Assembly (NCBI GenBank): GCA_965215505.1
Contig: OZ244065.1
Span: 5,408,001 to 5,472,000 of the forward strand
Direction of reading: 5' to 3'
Source of the DNA: Capsulimonadaceae bacterium
GTDB taxonomy: Bacteria; Armatimonadota; Armatimonadia; Armatimonadales; Capsulimonadaceae
Length of the DNA: 64,000 bases
Shown: piece after piece, positions 46,479 through 55,244 of the stretch
Layout of the letters: the number at the start of each line of letters is the position of its first letter
Numbering within the stretch: position 1 is the first letter of the stretch
Notes under the pieces: model-generated
Seen by the model: the letters and a program-made list of their open reading frames with translations, nothing else
Told to the model about the DNA's origin: nothing
Databases searched by the model: none
Made by a program: the position numbers and the translations under genes

Positions 46479-49400
46479 TTACGGCCGCAACGCTTCGTGG
46501 AACTGCCGCTGGGATACCCAGCGGGTCTGGTATTCCGCCCAATCCTGTTTGTGCGCTTTGTAGACCGGGTCATCCGCCAACTGGCCCGGTGGCGTGTTAT
46601 AGGCGGGGCGGGAGTGCGAGGGGAGGGGCAGGACGGTCCGCGAGAAGCCGGTGTTGAAGTCACCGTCTTTCACCCAGCCGTCGCCGATGAGGACATAGTC
46701 GCGCGTCCAGCCCGGCGGGGGCGGGGCGGGGGCGGGGAAGCGCAGGACCATCTCGTCGCCCGCGTTCATGATGACGTAGCGGTCGTCGGTGCGCGCCAGT
46801 AAGGCCCGCACGTCGCCGTAGCGGGTGTAGTAGCCCTCCAAATCCAGCCAGCGCGGGCCGGTCCGGGCCAGGTGCGCGTAGTCGGGGACCTCGGGCGAGG
46901 AGTGGCCGGCCTGACTTGTCGCCGAGAAGCCCCGATAGCGCAGGGTCGCTTCGGTGGGGGGCAGGGTCTGCTTTCTTATGATTGTTGGGGGCAGCGCCTG
47001 GGCAGTACCGAGGAAGTCCCAATAGATCTCCATGTTAGTCCGCAGGCGGACCTGACGCGGCTGCCCTAGTTGGAACAGGCCGGTCAGGGGGATGAGGACT
47101 GTCTTGTTCTTGCCTTCGGGGAAGCCGAGGTGCGGTAGGGCCGCCTTCCAGCCGCCCCTGCCGTCGGGGACTTCCAGGCTCAGGTCGTGCGGCGGGATGT
47201 GATGACCCTGGCCCAGAGCGACGTTGATGGAGCTGTCGGTCGGGTGAATCCAGCCGACGCCCACCAGCCACGTTTTGCCGGTCGGCGGGGTGGGACCGAG
47301 GTCGAGCGTCACCCAATGGTCGCGCGTCACGCCCTGATAGTCGCCGACGCCGAACGTATCCAGATACTTCCCGTCGCGCGCCCGCACCGCCTCCGTCACG
47401 TCCAAGCCCCTGTCGTCGGTGGCATGGGCGACGGGTTGGGGCGGGGTCATGGCGTCCACGGCAAGCGGCGGGGGCGGGATGGAAAACCTTTCGTCCACGT
47501 TCACTTCGGTGCCGACCGGGTGGTCCACGGTCATCAATTTGACCTCGTCGAAGAAATGCGTTTCCCACAGGTCCGCCGTGATGCGTAGATTGTAATACCC
47601 GTCCCGCGCCTTGAGCTGGTCGCCCCGGACCTTCACCCAATCCCGCGTCTGCACCACGCCCGCCGTGTCCTGGGCGTTGATCCGCAGGCCCAAAGGCGAG
47701 CGCCAGATGAAGTCGGTGACGAACTTCATGCCCATGTCGGAGTTTTCCCCCGTGCCGTCGTCGGCCAGGAGCCACGGGCAGGAACCTTTCAGCCGCTCGG
47801 GTGCCTCGGCCAACTGGTCGGCCTTCAGCTCGAACTCCCCCTGCGGGCTGCCGTTGGGCCAGACGATGCGGATGCTGTCCGCGCGCTTGTTCTCGCCCAG
47901 CCCGAAGTGTGTCACAGGGCCGGCGACGACCTGCGTCTCGAACAGCAGCCCCGCCCGCAGGCCGATCTCGCCGCCCACGCCGTAAGTATTGTTGCGCTTA
48001 TCGCCTTGCGAGGCCGCGTGCAAACGAACTTCCTGCCAGGCGTAGTCTTTGCCGCCAGTGTTGACGAGGCGGACCGGCTGGCCCTGGGTGTTCAAGCCGA
48101 TCAGGTCTAACCTGCCCTTGACGGCCTGCGCGTCAACGCCGGCGTTCCGGGCGTCGGTGGGCGCGGCCAGGGGTACGAGTTTGCCCGCCGCATCGCCTAA
48201 GAGGACCTGACTGCCCGACGAACCCGTCACGACCAAATCCAAGGCCCCATTGTTGTCCAGGTCGGCCCACTGAAGGCGCGCGCTGCCGTTTGCGGAAGGA
48301 GCGGTCGCGCGTCCCAGGTCGGCCGCGTCCCAGCCGCCGCCGTCGGCGCGGCGCGACAGTCGGCGGACCGCGCCGTCCGCCGTCAGGATGACCACGTCCT
48401 GCGTTCCATCTCGGTCGGAGTCGGCTGCCGAGAGGGCCGCGACTTTGCCCACATCAGCGGGGAGGGGCCAGGGGGCGAACGCGCCCGCGCGCTTGTTCTG
48501 CATGACGACCAGCTTTCCCTGACCGTCCAGGAATGCCGCGTCGGCCAGGCCGTCACCGTCTAAGTCCGCCCACGCCCATTGCGTTAGGCCCGACTTCGCC
48601 GCCCCGAACGCGTGCAGGACGGCCCACGTCCCGTCGCCGTTGTTGCGGAGAACGGTGGGCTGACCGGTCGCCGCGCCCAGCACAAGGTCAAGCTGTCCGC
48701 CCGTCACGATGTCCGCCGCCCAGACGCCGGTGTAGACGCCGCCGACGATGTTCGGCGGCAGCTTGGACGTGCCGGTCACGTCCGTGAACGTCCCGTCCGT
48801 CCCCTGCTGATACAGGCGCAGGCCGCCCGCGCCAACGCAGGCGAGGTCCAGGAGGCCCGTGTTGCGCGAGTCGAACGCGGCGATGCCGTCCGGACCGGGC
48901 GGCACGGCCTTCGGCCCGCCGGGGAAGGGCAGGGGGGCGCTGCCGATGCGGACCTCTTTGCCGTCCGCCACCAGCAAGGCCGGGGTGCCGGTGCCGTTCA
49001 GCAGGACCGTCCGCGCCCAGGCCCACGGGCCGGGCGCGGGGGCGGGGAGCGGCTGCGGCGTGAACTTCAGGGCCGTGTCAGGCGCGGCGGGCGTCGGGGA
49101 GGGCGAGGGGAGGCTGATGAAGCGGTCCAGAGGGGTGCCTAGAGTATTGGGAGGGCCACTGATCGCCGCCGCGTCGTCCTGATACTGCGGGGTTTCCTTC
49201 AGCACGTTTTGCAGGAACTGTAAGTGGATCGCCTCCTGGCGAACGTCCGTCCCGGCCACGGCAGCCTGGGCCTGTTTCAACTCGTCCTTGATCTCCGGCG
49301 ACCAGGAGCCGGAGTGGGCTGCCGCGCGCGCGACCATGCGCCGCGCCGTGTCCACGTCCCCGGCTTTCGCGGCGGGGATCGCCAGCTCAAGTTCGGCGAA

Positions 49401-49952
49401 CAGGTTGTCCGGGGCGGCCTCCTCGATGGCCTGGAGCTGTTTCCGCATCGCCGCGTCGGCCCCCGGCCCCGCTTGCTGCTCCAAAGCTTTGACCAGCGCG
49501 TAGCGCGCTTTTAGGTCAGTCGGGTCCAGGCCGACCGCCTTCTGATAGGCGGCGACTGCCTCGTCGTACCGCTGGCTCTGGACGGCAAGCAGGCCGAACA
49601 GGGAGGCGACCTTGGCGTTCTTGGGCGCGAGGTCCTGGGCCGTGGCCAGCGCCTTGCGCGCCTCGTCTGAGCTGTTGTGGCGCAGATAATACAGGCCCAT
49701 ATCCGCCCAGGCGGCCGGCTCCTGGTCGTCGAGCTGGGTGGCCTGGGTCAAGGCGGACTGCGCGTGTTCGTCGTCGCCGACCTGGAGCGCGATGACGCCC
49801 GAGTAGAAGGCCGAAACCATGTCCCGGTAGTTGTCGCCGCCGGAGCGTTGATGCTTCCAGATGAGGAAACCGACCGTGATGACCAGGAAGACGGCCGGGA
49901 TGACAATGAGGAGTCTGCGGAGTAGGATTTGGGAACCGGAGGGAGGAGTCAT
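46479..49952 (-). CDS. TPR + FG-GAP + ASPIC/UnbV (CRTAC1-like) membrane-anchored protein
   Basis: N-terminal TM, TPRs, DLDGDGLAD/DLDNNGALD repeats, HFGLG...IVWPNG, KGSCP. Confidence 0.9.
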   Translation of the reverse strand: MTPPSGSQILLRRLLIVIPAVFLVITVGFLIWKHQRSGGDNYRDMVSAFYSGVIALQVGDDEHAQSALTQATQLDDQEPAAWADMGLYYLRHNSSDEARKALATAQDLAPKNAKVASLFGLLAVQSQRYDEAVAAYQKAVGLDPTDLKARYALVKALEQQAGPGADAAMRKQLQAIEEAAPDNLFAELELAIPAAKAGDVDTARRMVARAAAHSGSWSPEIKDELKQAQAAVAGTDVRQEAIHLQFLQNVLKETPQYQDDAAAISGPPNTLGTPLDRFISLPSPSPTPAAPDTALKFTPQPLPAPAPGPWAWARTVLLNGTGTPALLVADGKEVRIGSAPLPFPGGPKAVPPGPDGIAAFDSRNTGLLDLACVGAGGLRLYQQGTDGTFTDVTGTSKLPPNIVGGVYTGVWAADIVTGGQLDLVLGAATGQPTVLRNNGDGTWAVLHAFGAAKSGLTQWAWADLDGDGLADAAFLDGQGKLVVMQNKRAGAFAPWPLPADVGKVAALSAADSDRDGTQDVVILTADGAVRRLSRRADGGGWDAADLGRATAPSANGSARLQWADLDNNGALDLVVTGSSGSQVLLGDAAGKLVPLAAPTDARNAGVDAQAVKGRLDLIGLNTQGQPVRLVNTGGKDYAWQEVRLHAASQGDKRNNTYGVGGEIGLRAGLLFETQVVAGPVTHFGLGENKRADSIRIVWPNGSPQGEFELKADQLAEAPERLKGSCPWLLADDGTGENSDMGMKFVTDFIWRSPLGLRINAQDTAGVVQTRDWVKVRGDQLKARDGYYNLRITADLWETHFFDEVKLMTVDHPVGTEVNVDERFSIPPPPLAVDAMTPPQPVAHATDDRGLDVTEAVRARDGKYLDTFGVGDYQGVTRDHWVTLDLGPTPPTGKTWLVGVGWIHPTDSSINVALGQGHHIPPHDLSLEVPDGRGGWKAALPHLGFPEGKNKTVLIPLTGLFQLGQPRQVRLRTNMEIYWDFLGTAQALPPTIIRKQTLPPTEATLRYRGFSATSQAGHSSPEVPDYAHLARTGPRWLDLEGYYTRYGDVRALLARTDDRYVIMNAGDEMVLRFPAPAPPPPGWTRDYVLIGDGWVKDGDFNTGFSRTVLPLPSHSRPAYNTPPGQLADDPVYKAHKQDWAEYQTRWVSQRQFHEALRP

Positions 49953-49957
49953 AATCC

Positions 49958-51061
49958 TTATGATACCTGAAAGCACCGCCGCGCGAAGTCGCCCAAAGCG
50001 GCGCTGACCTCGGCGTGGCATTCCAGCAGGCTCAAGTGCCCGCACTTCTCGATCAAGATGAGCTGAGGGCGGCGGAGCCGCGCGGCCATCGCCCGCTGGA
50101 TGTCCGGCGGCATGTTCCGGTCGGACGCGCCCGTCAGCAGCAGGGTGGGGACCGTGACCGCCTTCATCGCCGCGCGGGCGTCGTGGGCGAAGCAGGCCAG
50201 CGCGCCCGCGCCCGCCGCCCGCATCGAGAAGGTGGCGCAGCGGTATGCCAGCAGGTCGTCCTGCCCCCGGCTCTCGTGCCCGACGTGGGTCCCGAACATC
50301 AGGGCGGCGTGAACGCACCCCATCTGCCGGCACAGGCGCGCGAACATCTCGAACGGGCGCGGGAAGCGGACCATCGTCCGGGCCAGCGGCTCCCAGAACC
50401 AGGGGCGCATCGGGACCAGCAGCCGACGCCCCCACATCGTCTCCAGCATGGGGGCGTCCGTACCGCCCACCAAAGCCAGCCCGCGCACGCGCGTCATGTG
50501 GTCGGGGAAGCGTTCGGCGAACAGGGGCAGGACCATCGCCCCGACCGAGTGGCCGGCGAGGACGCAGCCCAACGGGTGACGGCCCGCGTCCGCGGCGTCG
50601 AAGACGGCGGCCAGGTCCTCCGTTACGGCCTCCATCGAGTAGTCCCGGTCGGCAGGGGCGTCTGACCGGCCCGCCCCGCGCATGTCCCAGACGATGACGC
50701 GGAACTCGCCCGCCAGCGCCTTCTTCTGGTAATACCAAGTGTCGTGGGTCAGCGACCAGCCGTGTGAGAGCAGCAGGGCGGGCGCGGCGTCCGGCCCGAA
50801 CTGCTCCCATCCCAGCCGGACGCCGCCCCAGCCCTCCGCCGTCCCGGACCGGTCCGGGGTGAGCGGCTTCGGCTCGTCCGGGTCTGCCCGGCGCAGGAAG
50901 CGTATCCACCAGTGCCCGGTCAGGATCAGCGCCGCCAGAGCCAGCCGCTCCCAGCGGATGGGGCGGCGGCCCCGCGCGGCCTGCACGGCTTCTGCCAGCC
51001 CGGCCAGGAGGCCGAGCAGGGACGGGACGGAGAAGAGGCCGGTAAAGATGCCAATCCACAT
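49958..51061 (-). CDS. Alpha/beta hydrolase with N-terminal membrane segments
   Basis: HGWSL, DMRGAGRS, GHSVG, CGHL. Confidence 0.9.
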   Translation of the reverse strand: MWIGIFTGLFSVPSLLGLLAGLAEAVQAARGRRPIRWERLALAALILTGHWWIRFLRRADPDEPKPLTPDRSGTAEGWGGVRLGWEQFGPDAAPALLLSHGWSLTHDTWYYQKKALAGEFRVIVWDMRGAGRSDAPADRDYSMEAVTEDLAAVFDAADAGRHPLGCVLAGHSVGAMVLPLFAERFPDHMTRVRGLALVGGTDAPMLETMWGRRLLVPMRPWFWEPLARTMVRFPRPFEMFARLCRQMGCVHAALMFGTHVGHESRGQDDLLAYRCATFSMRAAGAGALACFAHDARAAMKAVTVPTLLLTGASDRNMPPDIQRAMAARLRRPQLILIEKCGHLSLLECHAEVSAALGDFARRCFQVS

Positions 51062-51062
51062 G

Positions 51063-53843
51063 TCATCGCGCCCGCAGCGACAGCCGGGCCGAAGCCAGGC
51101 CCGGCGCACTGGCTGTCAGCCCGATGTCGCCTGCCTTCTCGGTCGCGCCGACGATGACCAGGCACTTGCCGTTGAACGCCTTGCGGTGCGTCCCCTTGTC
51201 CGGGTCATGGTCGCCGGGATCGCCATTGCCGACGCCCGCGATGACGCCCGCGCCCTTCACCGAGAACGTGACCGGGGCATCCGCCGTCGGCACGATGCGG
51301 CCCGAGGCATCTACGACATCCACCTCAATCGGCGTCAGGTCCTCGCCGTCCGCCGCCAGCGTCGTCCGGCCCGTCGTCAGGCGCAGGGCGGCGGGCGCAC
51401 CCGTCGTCGCGACCGTGTCCGTCGCGGTGACCGCCGTGCCGTTGTAGCCGCGCGCCGTCAATGTGCCCGGCGCATAGGGGACTGTCCAGTCCAGGTGTTC
51501 GTTGCGGGGCATCGGCTTCCGGCCCAGGCTCCGCCCGTTCAGGAACAATTCCACCGCCTCGCAGTTGCTGAAGGCAATCACGCGGACGGGCAGCCCCTCC
51601 TTGCCGGGCCAGTTCCAGTGCGGGAAAATGTGGACGAGCGGGGCGGACTTCCAGGCGGCCTGGTAGTAATAATAGTTGTCCTTGGGGAACCCGCACATGT
51701 CCAGGATGCCGAAGTGCGAATTGACGTCCGGCCACTGGTAGGGCGTCGGCTCGCCCTTATAGTCGAACCCCGTCCAGGCGAAGCCGCCCGCGACGAAGGG
51801 CCGGTCGGCGATAGGCTTCCAGGCTCCTTCCGTCAGGTTGTAGGACGTGACAAAGACTCGCTCTTTCTTGTTCTCGTACTCGCCGCGCGTGGTCAGGGTG
51901 CTGGCCGTCTCACTGCCGAACAGCGGTAGGGTAGGGTACATCGCGTGGAACTTGTCGTAGACCTCCGGGTAGTAGTTGACCCCCATCAGGTCCTCGACGT
52001 TCCGGAAGCCGGGATCGAACCAGCCGCCGTTCATGGCGCTGGAAACCATCCGGGTCGGGTCGTTCTGGAGGACAGTCTGACGCATGGCTTTGAAGATCGC
52101 CGCGCCGGTCTCCTTGCCCTGCTGCCCGTTCTCCTCGTTCGCCATAGACCACAGGATAATGCTGGGGTGGTTGCGGTCGCGCTGAACCAGGCTCGCCACT
52201 TCCTTCAGGTTGTCCGGCGAGTCGCCGAGGTGCCGGTTCTCGTCCATGACCAGCATCCCCAGCCGGTCGCAGGCGTCCAGCAGTTCGGGCGTGGGAGGGT
52301 TGTGGGACATGCGCCAGCCGTTGCCGCCCATCTCCTTGAGCTTCGCAACGCGCCACGCTTCCAATGTATCCGGGACGGCGATGCCGACGCCCGCGAAGTC
52401 CTGATGGTTGCACGTCCCCTTGATCTTGACCGGCCTGCCGTTCAGGAAGAAGCCCTTCTCGGCATCAAAGCGGATGGTACGGATGCCGAACGGCGTATCC
52501 GTGGCATCCACAACGCGGCCGTTCTGCCGTATCTCCGTGTGGAGCGTGTAGAGGCGCGGCGTCTCGATAGACCAGAGCGCGGGGCGCGCGACGCCGATCT
52601 GCTGCGTGATCTCCTGCCGGCCCGTCGCATCACTGGCCCTGATGACGTGCGCCGGTGCCGTAGCCGTCTCGACGACCACGCCCGCCGGATCAAGGACGCG
52701 GGAGACGAGCGTGAAGGCCCCATTCCCGTAGAAGCGCATCGGGTACTGGATGGCCGTCTTGACCTCAACGGTCGCCAAAGCCGCTCTGCCGTCCGGCCCC
52801 GGCTCGGCCATCTTCGTGCTGACGAACGTCCCCCACGGCGCGACATGGACCGGCGCGGCCTTGTTCAGCCAGACATGGCGGTAGATGCCGCCGCCCTCGT
52901 ACCACCAGCCTTCCGTGTGGGTCGGGTCCACATGCACCGCCAGCACGTTCCGCCCGCCGTAATTGGCATACGGGGCGATGTCGTACCGGAACGACGTGTA
53001 GCCGCTGGCATGGCGGCCCAGAAAGTGCCCGTTGAGCCAGACCTTGCTGTCCCGGTATACGCCGTCGAAATCCACCCAGAGGCTCCGCCCTTTGTCCGAG
53101 GCGGGCAGGTCAAACGCCTTCCGATACCAGCCCATCGTCGTCGGCAGCGACCCGTGCCCGGCGTCCGCCGTCGGGCTGAACGTGCCCTCGATAATAAAAT
53201 CGTGCGGCACATGCACCGTCCGCCACGTCCGGTCGTTGAACTCGGACAGCGTCACTGCCCCGGCGGGGGCCGTCGCCCCGCCTTGCAGAAACACCGGTTT
53301 GGTGATGCCGCCTCCCCCCGCCGTGTTCTCCACCAGCACCGCCAGCGCGTTCGGCCCGCCCCGCTTCCACGCTTTCGCTAGGTCCACGTCAAACGGATCA
53401 TCCCAGCCCTCATGGCGCAGGAGCATTTCCCCGTTCAGATACACCGTCGCGTTGTCGTCTACGCACTCGAAATGCAGGGAATGGACCGCGCCGGGTGCAT
53501 CGGGCAACATCGTCCGAAACCAGGCGAAGCCGACGCGCCCGCCGAACGTCTCCTGCCCCGTCGCCGCGTCCTTCCACTCGGCCCCCATCGTGTCCAGCCC
53601 CGCATCGACCATCCTCGCGGCATCGGCAGGTTCGCCGGCGATGTACCGCCAGCGCGTAATCGGCATCCCCGTCGGCGCGGCGGCGGTGCCGGGGACCTCC
53701 CCCCGCAGGAACTTCCACCCGGCGTCGAGCGAAAGGCGCTCCCGGCCCAGCGCTGCCGCCTGCGCGCTGAGTGTCGTCAGCAACAGAAATAGGAGGCTCA
53801 AAATCAGGAGGCTGAGTGCCGGGAATGTTGTCTGTCTGCTCAT
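51063..53843 (-). CDS. GH2 beta-galactosidase, secreted
   Basis: WWYEGGGIYR, KGTCNHQD, RDRNHPSIILWSMANEE, FAWTGFDYKGEP. Confidence 0.95.
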   Translation of the reverse strand: MSRQTTFPALSLLILSLLFLLLTTLSAQAAALGRERLSLDAGWKFLRGEVPGTAAAPTGMPITRWRYIAGEPADAARMVDAGLDTMGAEWKDAATGQETFGGRVGFAWFRTMLPDAPGAVHSLHFECVDDNATVYLNGEMLLRHEGWDDPFDVDLAKAWKRGGPNALAVLVENTAGGGGITKPVFLQGGATAPAGAVTLSEFNDRTWRTVHVPHDFIIEGTFSPTADAGHGSLPTTMGWYRKAFDLPASDKGRSLWVDFDGVYRDSKVWLNGHFLGRHASGYTSFRYDIAPYANYGGRNVLAVHVDPTHTEGWWYEGGGIYRHVWLNKAAPVHVAPWGTFVSTKMAEPGPDGRAALATVEVKTAIQYPMRFYGNGAFTLVSRVLDPAGVVVETATAPAHVIRASDATGRQEITQQIGVARPALWSIETPRLYTLHTEIRQNGRVVDATDTPFGIRTIRFDAEKGFFLNGRPVKIKGTCNHQDFAGVGIAVPDTLEAWRVAKLKEMGGNGWRMSHNPPTPELLDACDRLGMLVMDENRHLGDSPDNLKEVASLVQRDRNHPSIILWSMANEENGQQGKETGAAIFKAMRQTVLQNDPTRMVSSAMNGGWFDPGFRNVEDLMGVNYYPEVYDKFHAMYPTLPLFGSETASTLTTRGEYENKKERVFVTSYNLTEGAWKPIADRPFVAGGFAWTGFDYKGEPTPYQWPDVNSHFGILDMCGFPKDNYYYYQAAWKSAPLVHIFPHWNWPGKEGLPVRVIAFSNCEAVELFLNGRSLGRKPMPRNEHLDWTVPYAPGTLTARGYNGTAVTATDTVATTGAPAALRLTTGRTTLAADGEDLTPIEVDVVDASGRIVPTADAPVTFSVKGAGVIAGVGNGDPGDHDPDKGTHRKAFNGKCLVIVGATEKAGDIGLTASAPGLASARLSLRAR

Positions 53844-54262
53844 CGCGCTTCCTTCGTTGGTACTTGTCACTGATGTTCCGCCAGCTTTTCATTGTTGACA
53901 GTTCGTTTTGACGATTTTGACCGCTTTCACGATCTTTATAGGCTTTGCTCCCACTGACCCGTTTCTGCTCGGGAGGAGCGCAAAGGGGTGTTGAGGGAGT
54001 TCGTTTTCACACTTTTCGGCCCTATTTCCCCTTGTGTCTCCCTCCTTCGCCTGGGATTTCCGCGCTGCCATCCTCACCCACCGACCTTTCCTGTTGATGT
54101 GTTTGTCTACTATTATACCTGAGTTACATTCCGAAAGCGACAAGCACATCAAGCCACTAGAAGGAACGGTCTGACAGGAAGTGTCCAGAAGTGAAAGACC
54201 GAGTTAAGGAAGTCTAAGGAGGAATGATGGTGCTTACGGCGGCGTGGGTTGCCAACAGGAAA

Positions 54263-54293
54263 GGCAGCGGCTCCCTTCTATGGAGCCGCTGCC
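54263..54293 (-). terminator. Rho-independent terminator
   Basis: GGCAGCGGCTCC-loop-GGAGCCGCTGCC followed by TTT on the minus strand. Confidence 0.7.
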
Positions 54294-54315
54294 AATCGTT
54301 CATGCCCCAAGTATC

Positions 54316-54526
54316 TCATTCAGCCGCCGTCAACTCTTCCTCGGCCATTGTCTGCTCTTCGGTAGGGTCCAGCTTGGCGCACTCCTGGGCCAGCCGACGG
54401 AAGACCTTTTCCTGAACGGCGGCTTGTACCGCTTGGCTGCGGCTGGCGAACACGCGCTTGAACCATCAGGTCCAGACGGTTCAACAACTGTCCATCAATG
54501 GAGATGGTGATTTCGGCAACGCCCAT
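54316..54526 (-). pseudogene. Frameshifted CopG/RHH antitoxin-like gene
   Basis: MGVAEITISIDGQLLNRLDLMVQAR / FASRSQAVQAAVQEK...RLAQECAKLDPTEEQTMAEE, with a frame change near 54450. Confidence 0.75.
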
Positions 54527-54609
54527 GCCGAAGCGATAACCCAAGGTCATACCCTGCTGTCAAGGCTCAACTTGCACAGGAGACGGATCGCGTTGGATGC
54601 AGCGCATTA

Positions 54610-54990
54610 TCAGGCCGATGCTTGGTCTGGTTTCTGTAATAAGGGCAAGAGCGACAATAATACCTTCTCGTCGGAGCGATCAGGCTTGCATATGGCTGGC
54701 AGCATTATACTCTGCTCCTGAAAAACAAAGGGGAACTCACCCTTTTGGTAGACGCGCCGCGCTAACGTATTCATGCCAGATACGGCTTTCAGATACTCCA
54801 TGATTTCCCAACCCTCGTCGCGCAAACCCCTCCATACATTGACACCAGACATATCGCGTGAGAGAACAATCAACAGGGAATGCTGTCCCAGTTTGAAATG
54901 AACAGTGTTGGCCTGTACCTTGACCCCTTCAAGTATAACCCTCTCCACAAAAGTTGCGGCAGTTTCTGAGTTGGCTTTCTTGAGCATCAT
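54610..54990 (-). CDS. Hypothetical protein or fragment in low-GC segment
   Basis: 126-aa ORF with atypical composition. Confidence 0.35.
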   Translation of the reverse strand: MMLKKANSETAATFVERVILEGVKVQANTVHFKLGQHSLLIVLSRDMSGVNVWRGLRDEGWEIMEYLKAVSGMNTLARRVYQKGEFPFVFQEQSIMLPAICKPDRSDEKVLLSLLPLLQKPDQASA

Positions 54991-55244
54991 TTCCCATCAC
55001 CGGCCCTTGTGCAACAGCCTAGTTCAGTACTACGCCGCATGAATGAGCCAAAGCATACTATTGTAGCGGCTCTTGCCAAATTTTGGGTGGCGTGAGAATT
55101 GCTGAACACTGCCTGTCATACGCAACGCTGGAAGGCCTTCAGCCTTTTGCAGGCATCGTAGCAAACAAAGAAAACACAAGGACTGCCCCGAACATTACCT
55201 TTGACACGGCATTGGAAGCCTGCCGGATTCATCGGTGCCGCATC

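Noticed and set aside
49953-51059. N-terminal 369 aa of the 1526-aa ORF
   Set aside because: Alternate frame over the alpha/beta hydrolase; the real start is MTPPSG at 49952.
53889-54152. 87-aa minus-strand ORF upstream of GH2
   Set aside because: No recognisable motif and atypical composition; cannot be supported as a gene.
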